A stretch of 64,000 bases of DNA from Bacteroidota bacterium (GCA_016183765.1 JACPEA010000007.1:152076-216075); one strand, 5' to 3'. Shown: positions 50,282 to 59,943, counted from the first letter of the stretch. Notes: generated from the sequence alone by a model not told the origin. Made by a program: numbers and translations.

Positions 50282-51043
50282 ATGGCACTCCAACCCGTAC
50301 TAACATTAACTGAACTGGCCCCTGATGCCAGTTACCTGATAGTAAAAGACAATACAGGTGTGTATAATGCGCAGTCCAATCCTGGTGGATTTGGTACACC
50401 GAACCCTGCCAGTGCAGATGTAACTGCCGCCATATTTCACCTGTCGAGTTTTACAGACATCACAAAATCCTTTGGATACAGAGTAGGTACGTTTTCGTCC
50501 TTCTTAGCCAGCCAGATGAAGGCTACTGTAGGCACTTTTATGGGGATCAGTGATCGGGATGTATTCAGGGATGGGGTATACTCTATGAAGTACTACCTGG
50601 CTTTCGCTGTAGTTGATACGATAACCTTCGCTTCGGGTTCCAAGCAGTTTGCACTGACCAACGCTGACACGGTATTTGCTACAGGTGTTGGATTTGTGAT
50701 CCCATCCTTAAATGGCACCAAGGTCTATTTCATCGACCGTACGCAGCCGTTAACCAACAGCGGAGGATATGTCACAGAAGCCCTACCCACATTCACCGCA
50801 GCGAAAGCTATTGAGAAGGTGTATGAAGGTGATCTCAAATTCCTTAATGACAAAGCTGGTACCAACGGATTGAATGCAGATATCGCTGCAGCCTGTGACG
50901 ATAACTGTGATTGCATTGATGAGGAGTACAAGAATGTCTGGAAACGTTATACCTGGAAAGTAAGTATGGAGTCTAAGTTCTCCAGAAAGCTGTTCAGTGA
51001 AGCTCACACACTTGCTGTTGAACTTGAAAGCTACGCACTATAA
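50282..51043 (+). CDS. Phage tail hub / fibre-attachment-like structural protein
   Basis: DNTGVYNAQSNPGGFGTPNP and DGVYSMKY motifs as I recall them from Bacteroidota podovirus tail genes. Supported by position. Confidence 0.5.
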   Translation: MALQPVLTLTELAPDASYLIVKDNTGVYNAQSNPGGFGTPNPASADVTAAIFHLSSFTDITKSFGYRVGTFSSFLASQMKATVGTFMGISDRDVFRDGVYSMKYYLAFAVVDTITFASGSKQFALTNADTVFATGVGFVIPSLNGTKVYFIDRTQPLTNSGGYVTEALPTFTAAKAIEKVYEGDLKFLNDKAGTNGLNADIAAACDDNCDCIDEEYKNVWKRYTWKVSMESKFSRKLFSEAHTLAVELESYAL

Positions 51044-51786
51044 TGTTATTTCCTACACCACATATCAACACCAGCCAAAATACAGCATTGGAAAAGCTCA
51101 GTGACCTGGGCTATAACTATTTCCTGCGCGAAAAATATCAGCTGCATTTTGACAATAAGCATACGGATCGTAAGTACCTGCTGCTGTTGCAGGCTATCGG
51201 CTCCTGGGATAACCGCTCTGGCGCTGTCAATGCCTTCACTGAGGCTCAGCTTGCCAACATGCTCGACAGGTTAACCTGCGTTTCCAAGGATCCGCTGGTG
51301 AAATACCAGCCACCGGTTACCGGAGGTACCTGCGGTGTCGGTGGAACTACCGCCGGACTGGGATACGCAGCAGGTCTGAGTGGAAGCCTGAGCGGTATCA
51401 CCCTTGGCATTCTCAATACCCGCAGCATCAACCTGACACTGGTCAACGATACATTGTCAGCTAACACCAATGTATCCAATGTGAGCGGTAATGCTTTGAC
51501 AGTGCTTACCGATGGTTTGTACGTCACACAAGCTTCGACGGGTACCAGTAAGTTCATCCGGTCGGATGCATTTACAACCTCAACCCAGTATAACGATGTT
51601 TCGCTGAAGGATAAGCAGTTCGTGGTGACCTATCGCGGATATGGAGAGTTGTATTACAACTGGGCCAATCCCAGCGATCCTCTGAACGAGTTTCAACTGG
51701 TAGGTACAGGTGGGTTCAATATTACAATACCAGGATTCGATGTCACATTGGATCCTAATAACACCTTCCACATCCTGATACTATGA
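51043..51786 (+). CDS. Hypothetical phage tail-associated protein
   Basis: Intact ORF coupled to its neighbours; Gly-rich linker and beta-rich C-terminus. Confidence 0.5.
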   Translation: MLFPTPHINTSQNTALEKLSDLGYNYFLREKYQLHFDNKHTDRKYLLLLQAIGSWDNRSGAVNAFTEAQLANMLDRLTCVSKDPLVKYQPPVTGGTCGVGGTTAGLGYAAGLSGSLSGITLGILNTRSINLTLVNDTLSANTNVSNVSGNALTVLTDGLYVTQASTGTSKFIRSDAFTTSTQYNDVSLKDKQFVVTYRGYGELYYNWANPSDPLNEFQLVGTGGFNITIPGFDVTLDPNNTFHILIL

Positions 51787-54700
51787 AAAAAGTAATATCC
51801 ATACTGGTACTGATCGGGGTCTTGACACTGGCTTTCAGTCTTGGACTGCATGCGCAACCTGTCATGCAACGGGCTACCGGATCCACAACAGTGGCCGACA
51901 GTCGCCTGATGGTACAGTTGAACTTCTTTCTGCCTAAATATACCGATACTACCGTGGCCAACTCCAGCAAAGGAGTCGACAGTTGCGGGGCGTTGATATT
52001 CACCACCGATAACAAAATATGGGTTCGTGAATGTTCTCCAAAGCGCTGGGCCTATGTGGCCAGCGGCAATTACCTGAACAGTAAACTCAATATCAGTGAT
52101 ACGGCCAACATGCTGCAGACCTATGTAAGGGTGCAGCGTTTCCTGGATTCGCTGGTAGCTGTGCAGTTGCGTGTGCAGAGTAAGCAGCCTATTGGCAACT
52201 ATCTGCAAGCCGGCAACAATCTGGCTGATGTCAGTAACGTCAATACAGCTCGCAGTAACCTTGGCGTCTTCTCCAAAGCGGACACCACTGCCCCGGGCGG
52301 TATGTACCCGTGGAGTAACCCGCTGGGATTCCTCACATCAGCGACTGGTAGTTACCAACGCGTGAGTAAAGTTGACACACTATTTCCTGTCCGGGGAATT
52401 TTGGACTTTTCAGCTGAGTTCAATCTCACTGATTACCCTACAAAGACAACCGTGTCGATTGCACGGATTGCATCCAGTAAGATCACAGGTTTGGCTAATG
52501 GCGCTTACTTTGATACAACCTCTCTCATTCCACGTTTCAATCAACGGGTTCTATACTCTGATATAGCTGGGATGTTAGCCGGTTATCTACCACTATCCCT
52601 TCCATCAAGCAAAGCTGTAGTACTGAATGGAAACACATTGGATTTTTACGGTACAAATGGAGCGGGCCAATATACTTCAGGTAGGGTTGTAGTCTATCCT
52701 AACTTCGGTGGCGTTGGCTATCAGGTGGGTGGTAATTTTTATGGCTTGGCGGTAGATACACTTGGTATTGGGTCTTATTCAAGCCATGCAGGTAAGCCGC
52801 TTAACTACGCATCGAATTATTCCGCCAATATGGGCGATAATTCTCTCATAAATAGGCTGTATGCTGACGGCAGGTATATTAGCAAGACTGGTACGGACAC
52901 TATCTCAGGCGTTAAGACATTTACCGGATACCCGCTTACTTTAGATGGCACAACTCTTTCGTTAAAGAATTACACCAACATAAATATCTATGATGGTCAG
53001 CCTATCAACTGGAGAAGAACGAGCGATAATGCTTACATGGGTTATATTCAAGATAACCAAGTAGACGAGTGGCAATTTGATGCAACCCCTGGAGTACACA
53101 TGACTGTTCGCATTCCTGATATAAGGTTGGCAACAGGAACAAGTGGCAAGGTGAAGATCGGAGCAAATAGCGCAGCAGCACAAGCATTGGATGTGGTTGG
53201 TACTATTCGGCAATCATCTGTAGCATCTTCCGTTTTAAAGGCAAATGCGTCGGGTGATATAGTGGCTGCTGTGGCAGGTACAGATTATCAGGCAGCATTG
53301 GGCTTTACTCCCGAAAACGTTGCCAATAAGGGTGCCGCCAACGGATATGCGCCTATAGGATCCGATTCCAAGATAGCTACAACCTACCTGCCAGCTATCA
53401 CCATGAATAATGTGTTCACAGCGGCCAGCCAGTCGGCTATGTTAGCCCTTTCGGCGGTGGTGGGTGATATGTGTGTGCGCACGGATAGTACCATAACCTA
53501 TGTACTCCAGGTAGCAGCGCCTTCCAATCCGGCAGCATGGGTTAAGATACTAAGCCCATCGGCACCAGTTTCCTCTGTAAATGGGAAGACAGGAGTTGTG
53601 AGCCTGCTCACATCCGATATATCAGAGGGAGGCACATCCTACTATTGGACTGCAGCCAGATCCCGTGCTGCGCAATCAGTATCTGCTGTTGGTTTGACCT
53701 ATAACAATACCACAGGGGATATATCCATTACTGCAGGTTATGTGATACCTACCACCACAGATATCAGTAATGGGAATACGGCATATAGCAAGCGGGTAAC
53801 GGCGGTCGATCTGTCTGCCTCTACGCTTACGATCACTTTTGCTGATGCTTCAACAGTAACAGCTTCTGTACCTACATTCAACCAGAATACTACCGGCAAC
53901 GCTGGTACTGTTACAAACGGTGTTTATACAACAACATTCAATGGATTAGGTGATGCAAGGTATTTACAGCTAACTGGTGGGACATTAACAGGTGGGCTCG
54001 CCGGTACAACAGCATCATTTTCACTTGGAAATATTTCAGGTGGTATTGGTTCTGTAAAGAACCTAACTGTTACTAATACAAATGGTGCGGTTGGTGATTT
54101 TGCTGGATTAAACTTTGCATACTATAACAGTACAACAAATTTTGCGTACATAGGAACAGTTCTTACCAGTGCTGCATCTAATTCAGCAGCTGATTTAGTT
54201 TTCGGGGTTAAGGCAAATGCGTCTGCAACAACTGTTACAGAATACATGAGAATTGCTGTTGGTGGAGCAACAACTTGGGCAGGTAGCGGTACCTTTAGTG
54301 GTACAGTAACATCTGGTGTTGCTAAAATAGGTACTTGGTCTGCTTCATCAAGCTACGCTCGTTTCGGACATTCAAGCTACGATGTTGCAAGCAACTCTGG
54401 ATTTCTTCAAAGAAGTGATGGATTTTTATATCTTGAAGGTTCTTCTCTCTACGTGTCCGCTGTAGCAGGTTCAAGTGATGTTATAGTATATGCTGATAAT
54501 GGTGGTAAGATTGGGAAGATGGTTATCGGTTCTGGTCTATCATTTAGCGGAGGTACTCTATCAGCAACAGGTGGTTCTGCTGGTACTGTAACAGGTAGTG
54601 GTACTGTTGGATATATACCATTGTGGAATAGCGCAAGTGATATTGGTAATAGTCAGATAAGCCAAAGTGGGGGTTTAGTGAACATCAATGGTAACATACA

Positions 54701-55985
54701 ATTTGTTAACGCATATGTAACTTCCGGTTTCCAATTTAAATGGGGAGGTACTAACAGGGGTGGTATATACCAACTAAGTGCATGGACTGGTGGAGCTGCA
54801 AATTATAGCACAGTTATAGCAGCAGAAAGTGGATACGGTTTAAATCTCTACGTAGATGGAACTGCAACAAAAGGTTTTACAATAGCTACAACAGGTGCTG
54901 CCACTCTTACAGGTAGTGGAGTTGGAATTACGTACGTTAATACTGATGCTACATTTTACCATATATACAAAAGCGCAACAAGTACAGATAGAGGTTACAT
55001 AGGTAATGGAGCAAGTGTTTTTACTGGAGGTGCTGTAACAGATTTCGGTATTGGTGTGCCTTCTGGTGGGTCAGTAAACTTTGCGGTGGGAGGTACTGTG
55101 TACCAATCAATTGCTTCTACCGGAGCTACTACATTCTCATCATCAGTAACAGCATCATCGTTCTCTGGTGCAGGTACAGGATTAACTGGAACTGCAAGTA
55201 GTTTGACTGCTGGTTTTGCTACAAAATGGGGTAACGGTTCATACACATTTAACGAAGCTAATGCAGGAACTATTAGCGCTTTAGTTGTATTAGACGGCCC
55301 AAATGCTCAATACAGATTAAGCGCAAGTGTTTCTCAAGTACAAACATTCTTAGGTCTTGGCTCTGCTGCTTACTTAAACTCTAACCTTTCATCTTTCACA
55401 AACGATGCTGGATTTATTACTAATTCAACTTCAGGTTTAATTAATTACTACACTTCAACACAAATACAGAATTTTTTTGGTGGATCTTCTGCAATAACCG
55501 GTTACAACAAAACAAACTGGGATGCTGCGTACGGTTGGGGTAATCACGCTTCAGCAGGTTACTTGACATCATCTACTGCTGCATCAACTTATGTTCCTTA
55601 CAGTGGTGCAATTGGTAACGTAACGTTAGGAACGTATACTATGTCAGCAAGTGCTTTTTATGAAACATCTGATATACGCTTGAAAAAACTACATGAAGTT
55701 GTAATGAGTTCAGATGGTATAATGGCAATACAGTATACATTCAAACCATCTGGTGAAGACAAATGGGGTTACTCTGCACAACAAGTAAGAAATATACTTC
55801 CTTATGCTGTTCATGAAGATAGCGAAGGATGGCTGAAGGTTGATTACACAACAGTGCATACTTACAAAATCATGATGCTTGAGAAGCAAGTGGAGAAGCA
55901 GAATACCACTATCCAACAACAGATTAAAGTGATCGCCAGTTTCGAAGAGAGGATTTCTAAACTTGAAAAATTGTTAGAGAAATGA
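51783..55985 (+). CDS. Tail-fibre-like protein (1400 aa) with an N-terminal Sec-type signal peptide and a C-terminal intramolecular chaperone (Peptidase S74) domain
   Basis: Signal MKKVISILVLIGVLTLAFSLGLHA-Q. Fibre modules NKGAANGYAP and SSVNGKTGVVSL. C-terminal TSDIRLKK...WGYSAQQV..ILPYAV...LKVDY plus a coiled coil. Confidence 0.8.
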   Translation: MKKVISILVLIGVLTLAFSLGLHAQPVMQRATGSTTVADSRLMVQLNFFLPKYTDTTVANSSKGVDSCGALIFTTDNKIWVRECSPKRWAYVASGNYLNSKLNISDTANMLQTYVRVQRFLDSLVAVQLRVQSKQPIGNYLQAGNNLADVSNVNTARSNLGVFSKADTTAPGGMYPWSNPLGFLTSATGSYQRVSKVDTLFPVRGILDFSAEFNLTDYPTKTTVSIARIASSKITGLANGAYFDTTSLIPRFNQRVLYSDIAGMLAGYLPLSLPSSKAVVLNGNTLDFYGTNGAGQYTSGRVVVYPNFGGVGYQVGGNFYGLAVDTLGIGSYSSHAGKPLNYASNYSANMGDNSLINRLYADGRYISKTGTDTISGVKTFTGYPLTLDGTTLSLKNYTNINIYDGQPINWRRTSDNAYMGYIQDNQVDEWQFDATPGVHMTVRIPDIRLATGTSGKVKIGANSAAAQALDVVGTIRQSSVASSVLKANASGDIVAAVAGTDYQAALGFTPENVANKGAANGYAPIGSDSKIATTYLPAITMNNVFTAASQSAMLALSAVVGDMCVRTDSTITYVLQVAAPSNPAAWVKILSPSAPVSSVNGKTGVVSLLTSDISEGGTSYYWTAARSRAAQSVSAVGLTYNNTTGDISITAGYVIPTTTDISNGNTAYSKRVTAVDLSASTLTITFADASTVTASVPTFNQNTTGNAGTVTNGVYTTTFNGLGDARYLQLTGGTLTGGLAGTTASFSLGNISGGIGSVKNLTVTNTNGAVGDFAGLNFAYYNSTTNFAYIGTVLTSAASNSAADLVFGVKANASATTVTEYMRIAVGGATTWAGSGTFSGTVTSGVAKIGTWSASSSYARFGHSSYDVASNSGFLQRSDGFLYLEGSSLYVSAVAGSSDVIVYADNGGKIGKMVIGSGLSFSGGTLSATGGSAGTVTGSGTVGYIPLWNSASDIGNSQISQSGGLVNINGNIQFVNAYVTSGFQFKWGGTNRGGIYQLSAWTGGAANYSTVIAAESGYGLNLYVDGTATKGFTIATTGAATLTGSGVGITYVNTDATFYHIYKSATSTDRGYIGNGASVFTGGAVTDFGIGVPSGGSVNFAVGGTVYQSIASTGATTFSSSVTASSFSGAGTGLTGTASSLTAGFATKWGNGSYTFNEANAGTISALVVLDGPNAQYRLSASVSQVQTFLGLGSAAYLNSNLSSFTNDAGFITNSTSGLINYYTSTQIQNFFGGSSAITGYNKTNWDAAYGWGNHASAGYLTSSTAASTYVPYSGAIGNVTLGTYTMSASAFYETSDIRLKKLHEVVMSSDGIMAIQYTFKPSGEDKWGYSAQQVRNILPYAVHEDSEGWLKVDYTTVHTYKIMMLEKQVEKQNTTIQQQIKVIASFEERISKLEKLLEK

Positions 55986-56878
55986 GATACACAAAAACAG
56001 TACTAATCGCACTGCTTCTATGTATATGCTTGAGCTTCACCAGTTCTTATTATTGGTCATGGGCTGGACTTGCATCAAACCAAACTGTAAGTTGGGATAA
56101 TGCTAACAATGCTGTGACCAATGGGTATTTCGCTGCAAGAGGTGTGGCTGGAACGGGGTCAAAACAAATTACCAAATCGGAAGCGTTAACGTATTATTGG
56201 ATCAATCCACGTAATGCCACCCTGTGGGATAAGGCTAACAGTCAACTGGTTGTCAAACAAGATATCACCGCTGGAGACGTGTTGAACGCAAGTGGCACAT
56301 TATACTTCAGCAGTCAAGCAGGTCACACAACTTATGGGTGGGCTAATCCTTGTGCAGTTGGAACAACCGGAAGTGCAACTGTTTACTATCAATCTCCATT
56401 AGCGGTTAGTTCTAAATTATATGGAAGTGCAAGCTATGGATTATTCCTAAGTGACCCACCACTTAACACAGACTGGTTCAATCTTAATGGAACCCCTGTT
56501 AAGTTGGATACTTATGCATCTTACCCAGAAATGTACAGGTATGTTACAACCATTGGATACTGTGTGAGTGGTGGTATAACAAACAATACAGGAAGAACAA
56601 TATTCGTAACATTCGCAACTGGCGCACCGTGTTCAGATGTACTATACTTTACTGGTTCATATACCAGAGCAGCGGATGGACTAACCTACACATGGTATCT
56701 TAACTACAATGTCATATCAGGTAATACAGTACAAGCTACACAAACTGCAATTAGCGATTTAACAGGAGTTGCGTTAGTGTCTGGAGACGCTATTACACAG
56801 ATAAATGGTGGGGCAACCATTACGGAGTATATCTGTAGCAGTAATGCACAAATAGTTCTTTCTAATCCTTTACCGTAA
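55982..56878 (+). CDS. Hypothetical exported protein in the fibre block
   Basis: Hydrophobic signal MRYTKTVLIALLLCICLSFTS; Cys- and Thr-rich beta protein. Confidence 0.6.
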   Translation: MRYTKTVLIALLLCICLSFTSSYYWSWAGLASNQTVSWDNANNAVTNGYFAARGVAGTGSKQITKSEALTYYWINPRNATLWDKANSQLVVKQDITAGDVLNASGTLYFSSQAGHTTYGWANPCAVGTTGSATVYYQSPLAVSSKLYGSASYGLFLSDPPLNTDWFNLNGTPVKLDTYASYPEMYRYVTTIGYCVSGGITNNTGRTIFVTFATGAPCSDVLYFTGSYTRAADGLTYTWYLNYNVISGNTVQATQTAISDLTGVALVSGDAITQINGGATITEYICSSNAQIVLSNPLP

Positions 56879-56891
56879 ATAAACAGATAAC

Positions 56892-57290
56892 ATGAAAATC
56901 TTAACAGTATTACTGAGCCTGATGTTAACGCTCACATCTTCTGCCAGCGAAATCCATCCTACAGCTGTGACTGTAACCGCTCAGGTGAGTTCCACTGTAA
57001 TGAGTGAGACGCTGGTGATCCCCAAAGGTGCAAAGCAGATCAATCCTGTCGTTGTAACCTTCAAGGGAGACTCCGCTTACTCAGTGAGCTGGGTTGTCAA
57101 CAAGATCACCAGCGACACCACGGTGGACAGTTATGGTGAGGTATACCTTAACGGCAAGCAAGGTTATCCTATCGTACAGTTCGGTATCACTATTCCGAAA
57201 GCGATCATCAATAGTTGGGGACTGGACAACTCTTCCATTGATGACTTCATATTCAAACTACCCGAGATGAAACGTTTCGTTCGTAAATAA
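56892..57290 (+). CDS. Hypothetical exported protein
   Basis: Signal MKILTVLLSLMLTLTSSA. Confidence 0.6.
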   Translation: MKILTVLLSLMLTLTSSASEIHPTAVTVTAQVSSTVMSETLVIPKGAKQINPVVVTFKGDSAYSVSWVVNKITSDTTVDSYGEVYLNGKQGYPIVQFGITIPKAIINSWGLDNSSIDDFIFKLPEMKRFVRK

Positions 57291-57319
57291 TTTATCACTT
57301 AAACCCTAAATCACAGATC

Positions 57320-57673
57320 ATGAAAACAGTAGTATTATTCTGCATCGCAGCATTTATCACCACAGCATCTTTTGGCCAGGAAAAGTCTAAAGGAGACACA
57401 CTCTACATCGACTTTTCGAAAGTTCAAACGATCATATTCACGGACAGCTCTAAGCAAAAGAAGCCCGTGAAAGCTTACAACACAGAAGCCCTGGTAAAAG
57501 GTGACGTGTTGATTGCTACCAAACAGTACTGGTATCAGCTCTTGGTATTCATGAAAGGCAGCAAGAATGGAGATTTCACACAGCAACAGACCGAGCAGTT
57601 GCAGCAGCCTTTCTATGAGTATGCCGTTGAATGGGAGAAAATACTGCAGCAGAGTACACAACCAAAGAAGTAA
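57320..57673 (+). CDS. Hypothetical exported protein
   Basis: Signal MKTVVLFCIAAFITTASFG-Q. Confidence 0.6.
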   Translation: MKTVVLFCIAAFITTASFGQEKSKGDTLYIDFSKVQTIIFTDSSKQKKPVKAYNTEALVKGDVLIATKQYWYQLLVFMKGSKNGDFTQQQTEQLQQPFYEYAVEWEKILQQSTQPKK

Positions 57674-57707
57674 ACCGTAAACTATAACCCCCTTATACTC
57701 TAAACCC

Positions 57708-58205
57708 ATGAAAAGCCTACTCACTATCAGCGTTTTGACCTTACTGAACATCAAATTGAATTTCCTTCCAACAGGTACTCTTATGGCCGCAATGGCTGCC
57801 TCCATTGTGCTTGACTTTGTAACCGGGCTTATCAAAGCTGTTATTGCCAAAGACGCCAGAACCAGCCAGGGATACCGTAAAACAGTTGTCAAGTTTATGC
57901 AGTATGGCGGTGCTGTATGTGTGAGTATGCTGATGAAATTCCTGATGATGAGATCCGGAGAGACAGCCATGCAGGCTATCAGTCCGTATGCAGACTATCT
58001 GAACAATGGCCTGCTGATATTCATCCTCTTCATTGAGATCACTTCTATTCTGGAGAATATGTACGCGATCGATAACTCCAGTCCATTCGCTCAGTACTTC
58101 ATCAAGCCCTTGCTTTCTATTATGACTGTAGCTATCAAGAACAATTCCATTGCGAAGAAAGCTGCAGAACAGATGGAAGCTAAGGACCAAACTCCAACAT
58201 CATGA
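57708..58205 (+). CDS. Holin (phage_holin_4_1-like)
   Basis: IVLDFVTGLIKA...TSQGYRKTVVKF...FIEITSILEN; three TM segments. Confidence 0.85.
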   Translation: MKSLLTISVLTLLNIKLNFLPTGTLMAAMAASIVLDFVTGLIKAVIAKDARTSQGYRKTVVKFMQYGGAVCVSMLMKFLMMRSGETAMQAISPYADYLNNGLLIFILFIEITSILENMYAIDNSSPFAQYFIKPLLSIMTVAIKNNSIAKKAAEQMEAKDQTPTS

Positions 58206-58849
58206 AATCAAATAATCTACCATCCCCCTTACCACTGTTACTACTGCTGACGGCTATCTTAACGATAGCCTTCAGTTCTTGCGGGGTAACCAACAAGAAC
58301 AGATCGAGCAGCAGTTCACAAGTGGACAGCAGTAACACAGAGGTCAATAAGGAAACTGATTTATTCTGGAGTGAAGCAGCCCGTAAGTATGGTTTAACAA
58401 CTAAACACAGTGGCTTTACTTTCAAGATAGATTCCAGTTACCTGAAGCTTCGGTTCTATCCTTCTGACTCAGTGAATAACACCGGGCCAGTAGTGATATC
58501 GCAGGACTCTACCGGTAAGACAGTAATAGATCCTGGTGGCCGCAAATTGAAATCTGTTGAAGACAGCCGTAAAAAGACAACTGCTACCGGTAACCTGAAT
58601 ACCAGTGTTGGTAATGATTCTACCGTTACCTCTTACCTGGCATCCAAAACCAGAAGCGATAGTTCCAGTACAACAGTAAGTAAGAAAGCCAAGACCACGG
58701 AGGCAAAGACCTTTCGCTGGCAGCCGCCGTGGTATGCGTATCCGCTGGTGATCGCAGCCTTACTTGCTATCTGGAAATTCAGATTATACCGTCGTAATAA
58801 ATCAGAGGCAGTCATTCCTTACTCATCACCTAACGATACTGCAGTATGA
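58202..58849 (+). CDS. Lipoprotein with C-terminal TM helix, unimolecular-spanin-like
   Basis: Lipobox AFSS-C, Ser/Thr-rich body, and C-terminal WYAYPLVIAALLAIWKF followed by basic residues. It lies between the holin and the endolysin. Confidence 0.65.
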   Translation: MKSNNLPSPLPLLLLLTAILTIAFSSCGVTNKNRSSSSSQVDSSNTEVNKETDLFWSEAARKYGLTTKHSGFTFKIDSSYLKLRFYPSDSVNNTGPVVISQDSTGKTVIDPGGRKLKSVEDSRKKTTATGNLNTSVGNDSTVTSYLASKTRSDSSSTTVSKKAKTTEAKTFRWQPPWYAYPLVIAALLAIWKFRLYRRNKSEAVIPYSSPNDTAV

Positions 58850-59472
58850 TACTGTCTACGGTACTCTCCAGACAAACTCCGGTAACAATTGCCAGCGCCA
58901 GGTCGCTGGAAGCGTATCAGGAAAGTTGGAACAACATGGTCATCCGGGAGGTCATGCGCCCACAGATTGTCAACTGTGCCAAGCAGATTGCCAAGTATCG
59001 TCGCAATTTCGAGCTGGCAGTCAATGGCACCAAAGTACCATGGCAATTCGCAGGTATCATTTATTTCCGGGAAGATGGATTGCAGTTCAAGGGACATCCG
59101 CATAACGGGGACTCACTTCGCAGGCGTACAGTGAATGTACCGGCCGGCAGACCAGTGGCAAGTCCTAAGTATGCAGATGGTTATTCCTTCATGGAGAGCT
59201 TCGCTGATCTGATAGCACTCAAGCGCTGGGATAAAGTACCGGTATGGAATATGCCATCACTGTTATACTACTTTGAATCCAACAATGGATTTGGCTACAG
59301 AAGGTTGCATAACCCCATCATGACACCTTATCTGTGGTCAGGAACCAACTACTACACCAGTGGTAAGTTCATAGCAGATGGCCACTATGATCAGCAAACA
59401 GTAGACAAGCAGGTAGGAGCTGCTCCTTTGCTGCGCTACCTGACAGATAAAACCCTCGGAATTATTGATTGA
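58846..59472 (+). CDS. Endolysin, lysozyme-family (COG5526-like)
   Basis: VPWQFAGIIYFRE...HNGDSL...TVNVPAGRP...NNGFGY...PYLWSGTNYY..GKFIADG. Confidence 0.8.
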   Translation: MILSTVLSRQTPVTIASARSLEAYQESWNNMVIREVMRPQIVNCAKQIAKYRRNFELAVNGTKVPWQFAGIIYFREDGLQFKGHPHNGDSLRRRTVNVPAGRPVASPKYADGYSFMESFADLIALKRWDKVPVWNMPSLLYYFESNNGFGYRRLHNPIMTPYLWSGTNYYTSGKFIADGHYDQQTVDKQVGAAPLLRYLTDKTLGIID

Positions 59473-59505
59473 TTAGTTTTCTTATATAGCAGTTAAATTG
59501 GTATC

Positions 59506-59532
59506 GGCCTGGTGTTCTCACCGGGCCTTTTT
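59506..59532 (+). terminator. Intrinsic terminator of the late/lysis operon
   Basis: GGCCTGGTG-ttct-CACCGGGCC followed by TTTTT. Confidence 0.8.
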
Positions 59533-59575
59533 ACGGATAGGAAGTGAGGTGTGGATAAATATACCAGATTAGGGG

Positions 59576-59586
59576 AGCGTTAGGAA
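59576..59586 (+). other. Putative integrase arm-binding site (right arm)
   Basis: AGCGTTAGGAA, identical to 20500-20510. Confidence 0.6.
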
Positions 59587-59639
59587 CTTTTCAAACTGCG
59601 TTGTATCTGATTGATAATCAACGCAGTCTGAAATAAGTT

Positions 59640-59656
59640 GTGAACCGGATTGGATT
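59640..59656 (+). repeat. Right att core (overlaps the tRNA-Arg 3' end)
   Basis: GTGAACCGGATTGGATT, identical to 20337-20353. Confidence 0.93.
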
Positions 59657-59714
59657 CGAACCAATGACCTGCTGCTTAGAAGGCAGCTGCTCTATCCAGC
59701 TGAGCTACCGGTCC
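59641..59714 (-). tRNA. tRNA-Arg (anticodon UCU), CCA not encoded
   Basis: GGACCGGTAGCTCAGCTGGATAGAGCAGCTGCCTTCTAAGCAGCAGGTCATTGGTTCGAATCCAATCCGGTTCA folds as a cloverleaf with anticodon loop CTTCTAA. Confidence 0.97.
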
Positions 59715-59943
59715 TTAGAGGGTTTGTCGTTTGTGGTTGTTATACAACAACTACAGACCACAAACCTTTTCACGGGTTGCAAAATAAGGGAAAAAAAGGT
59801 TCAGAACCAAGCGGGAAGCGTGGGTAGGGGTTTTCAACCGCTTTTTCTATGCAGGCACCGCGCCTTTGTGCCTTTGCGGGCATTTTCCTACCCGGAAATG
59901 CCGGTAAGCTGAAATCACTTTACTTTGTTGAAACGATTGCCGA

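Larger units (their letters stand above)
20337..59656 (+). mobile_element. Defective crAss-like (Crassvirales-type) prophage, 39.3 kb, integrated in tRNA-Arg(UCU)
   Basis: 17 bp att direct repeat, integrase remnant at the left end, and co-oriented tail, cargo, virion RNAP, fibre and lysis genes. Confidence 0.88.

Noticed and set aside
51783-57673. Diversity-generating retroelement or invertase shufflon acting on the fibre genes
   Set aside because: I saw no reverse transcriptase, recombinase, template/variable repeat pair or inverted crossover repeats.
21399-59472. Stop-codon reassignment (TAG or TGA), as in some crAss-like phages
   Set aside because: ORFs up to 3735 aa are open in the standard code, TGA and TAA end most genes, and reading through the single TAG stop (22656) adds only a few codons.
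20337-59656. Contractile injection system, T6SS or classical tailocin
   Set aside because: No sheath, tube, baseplate or tape-measure genes are recognisable. The tail genes are podovirus-type.
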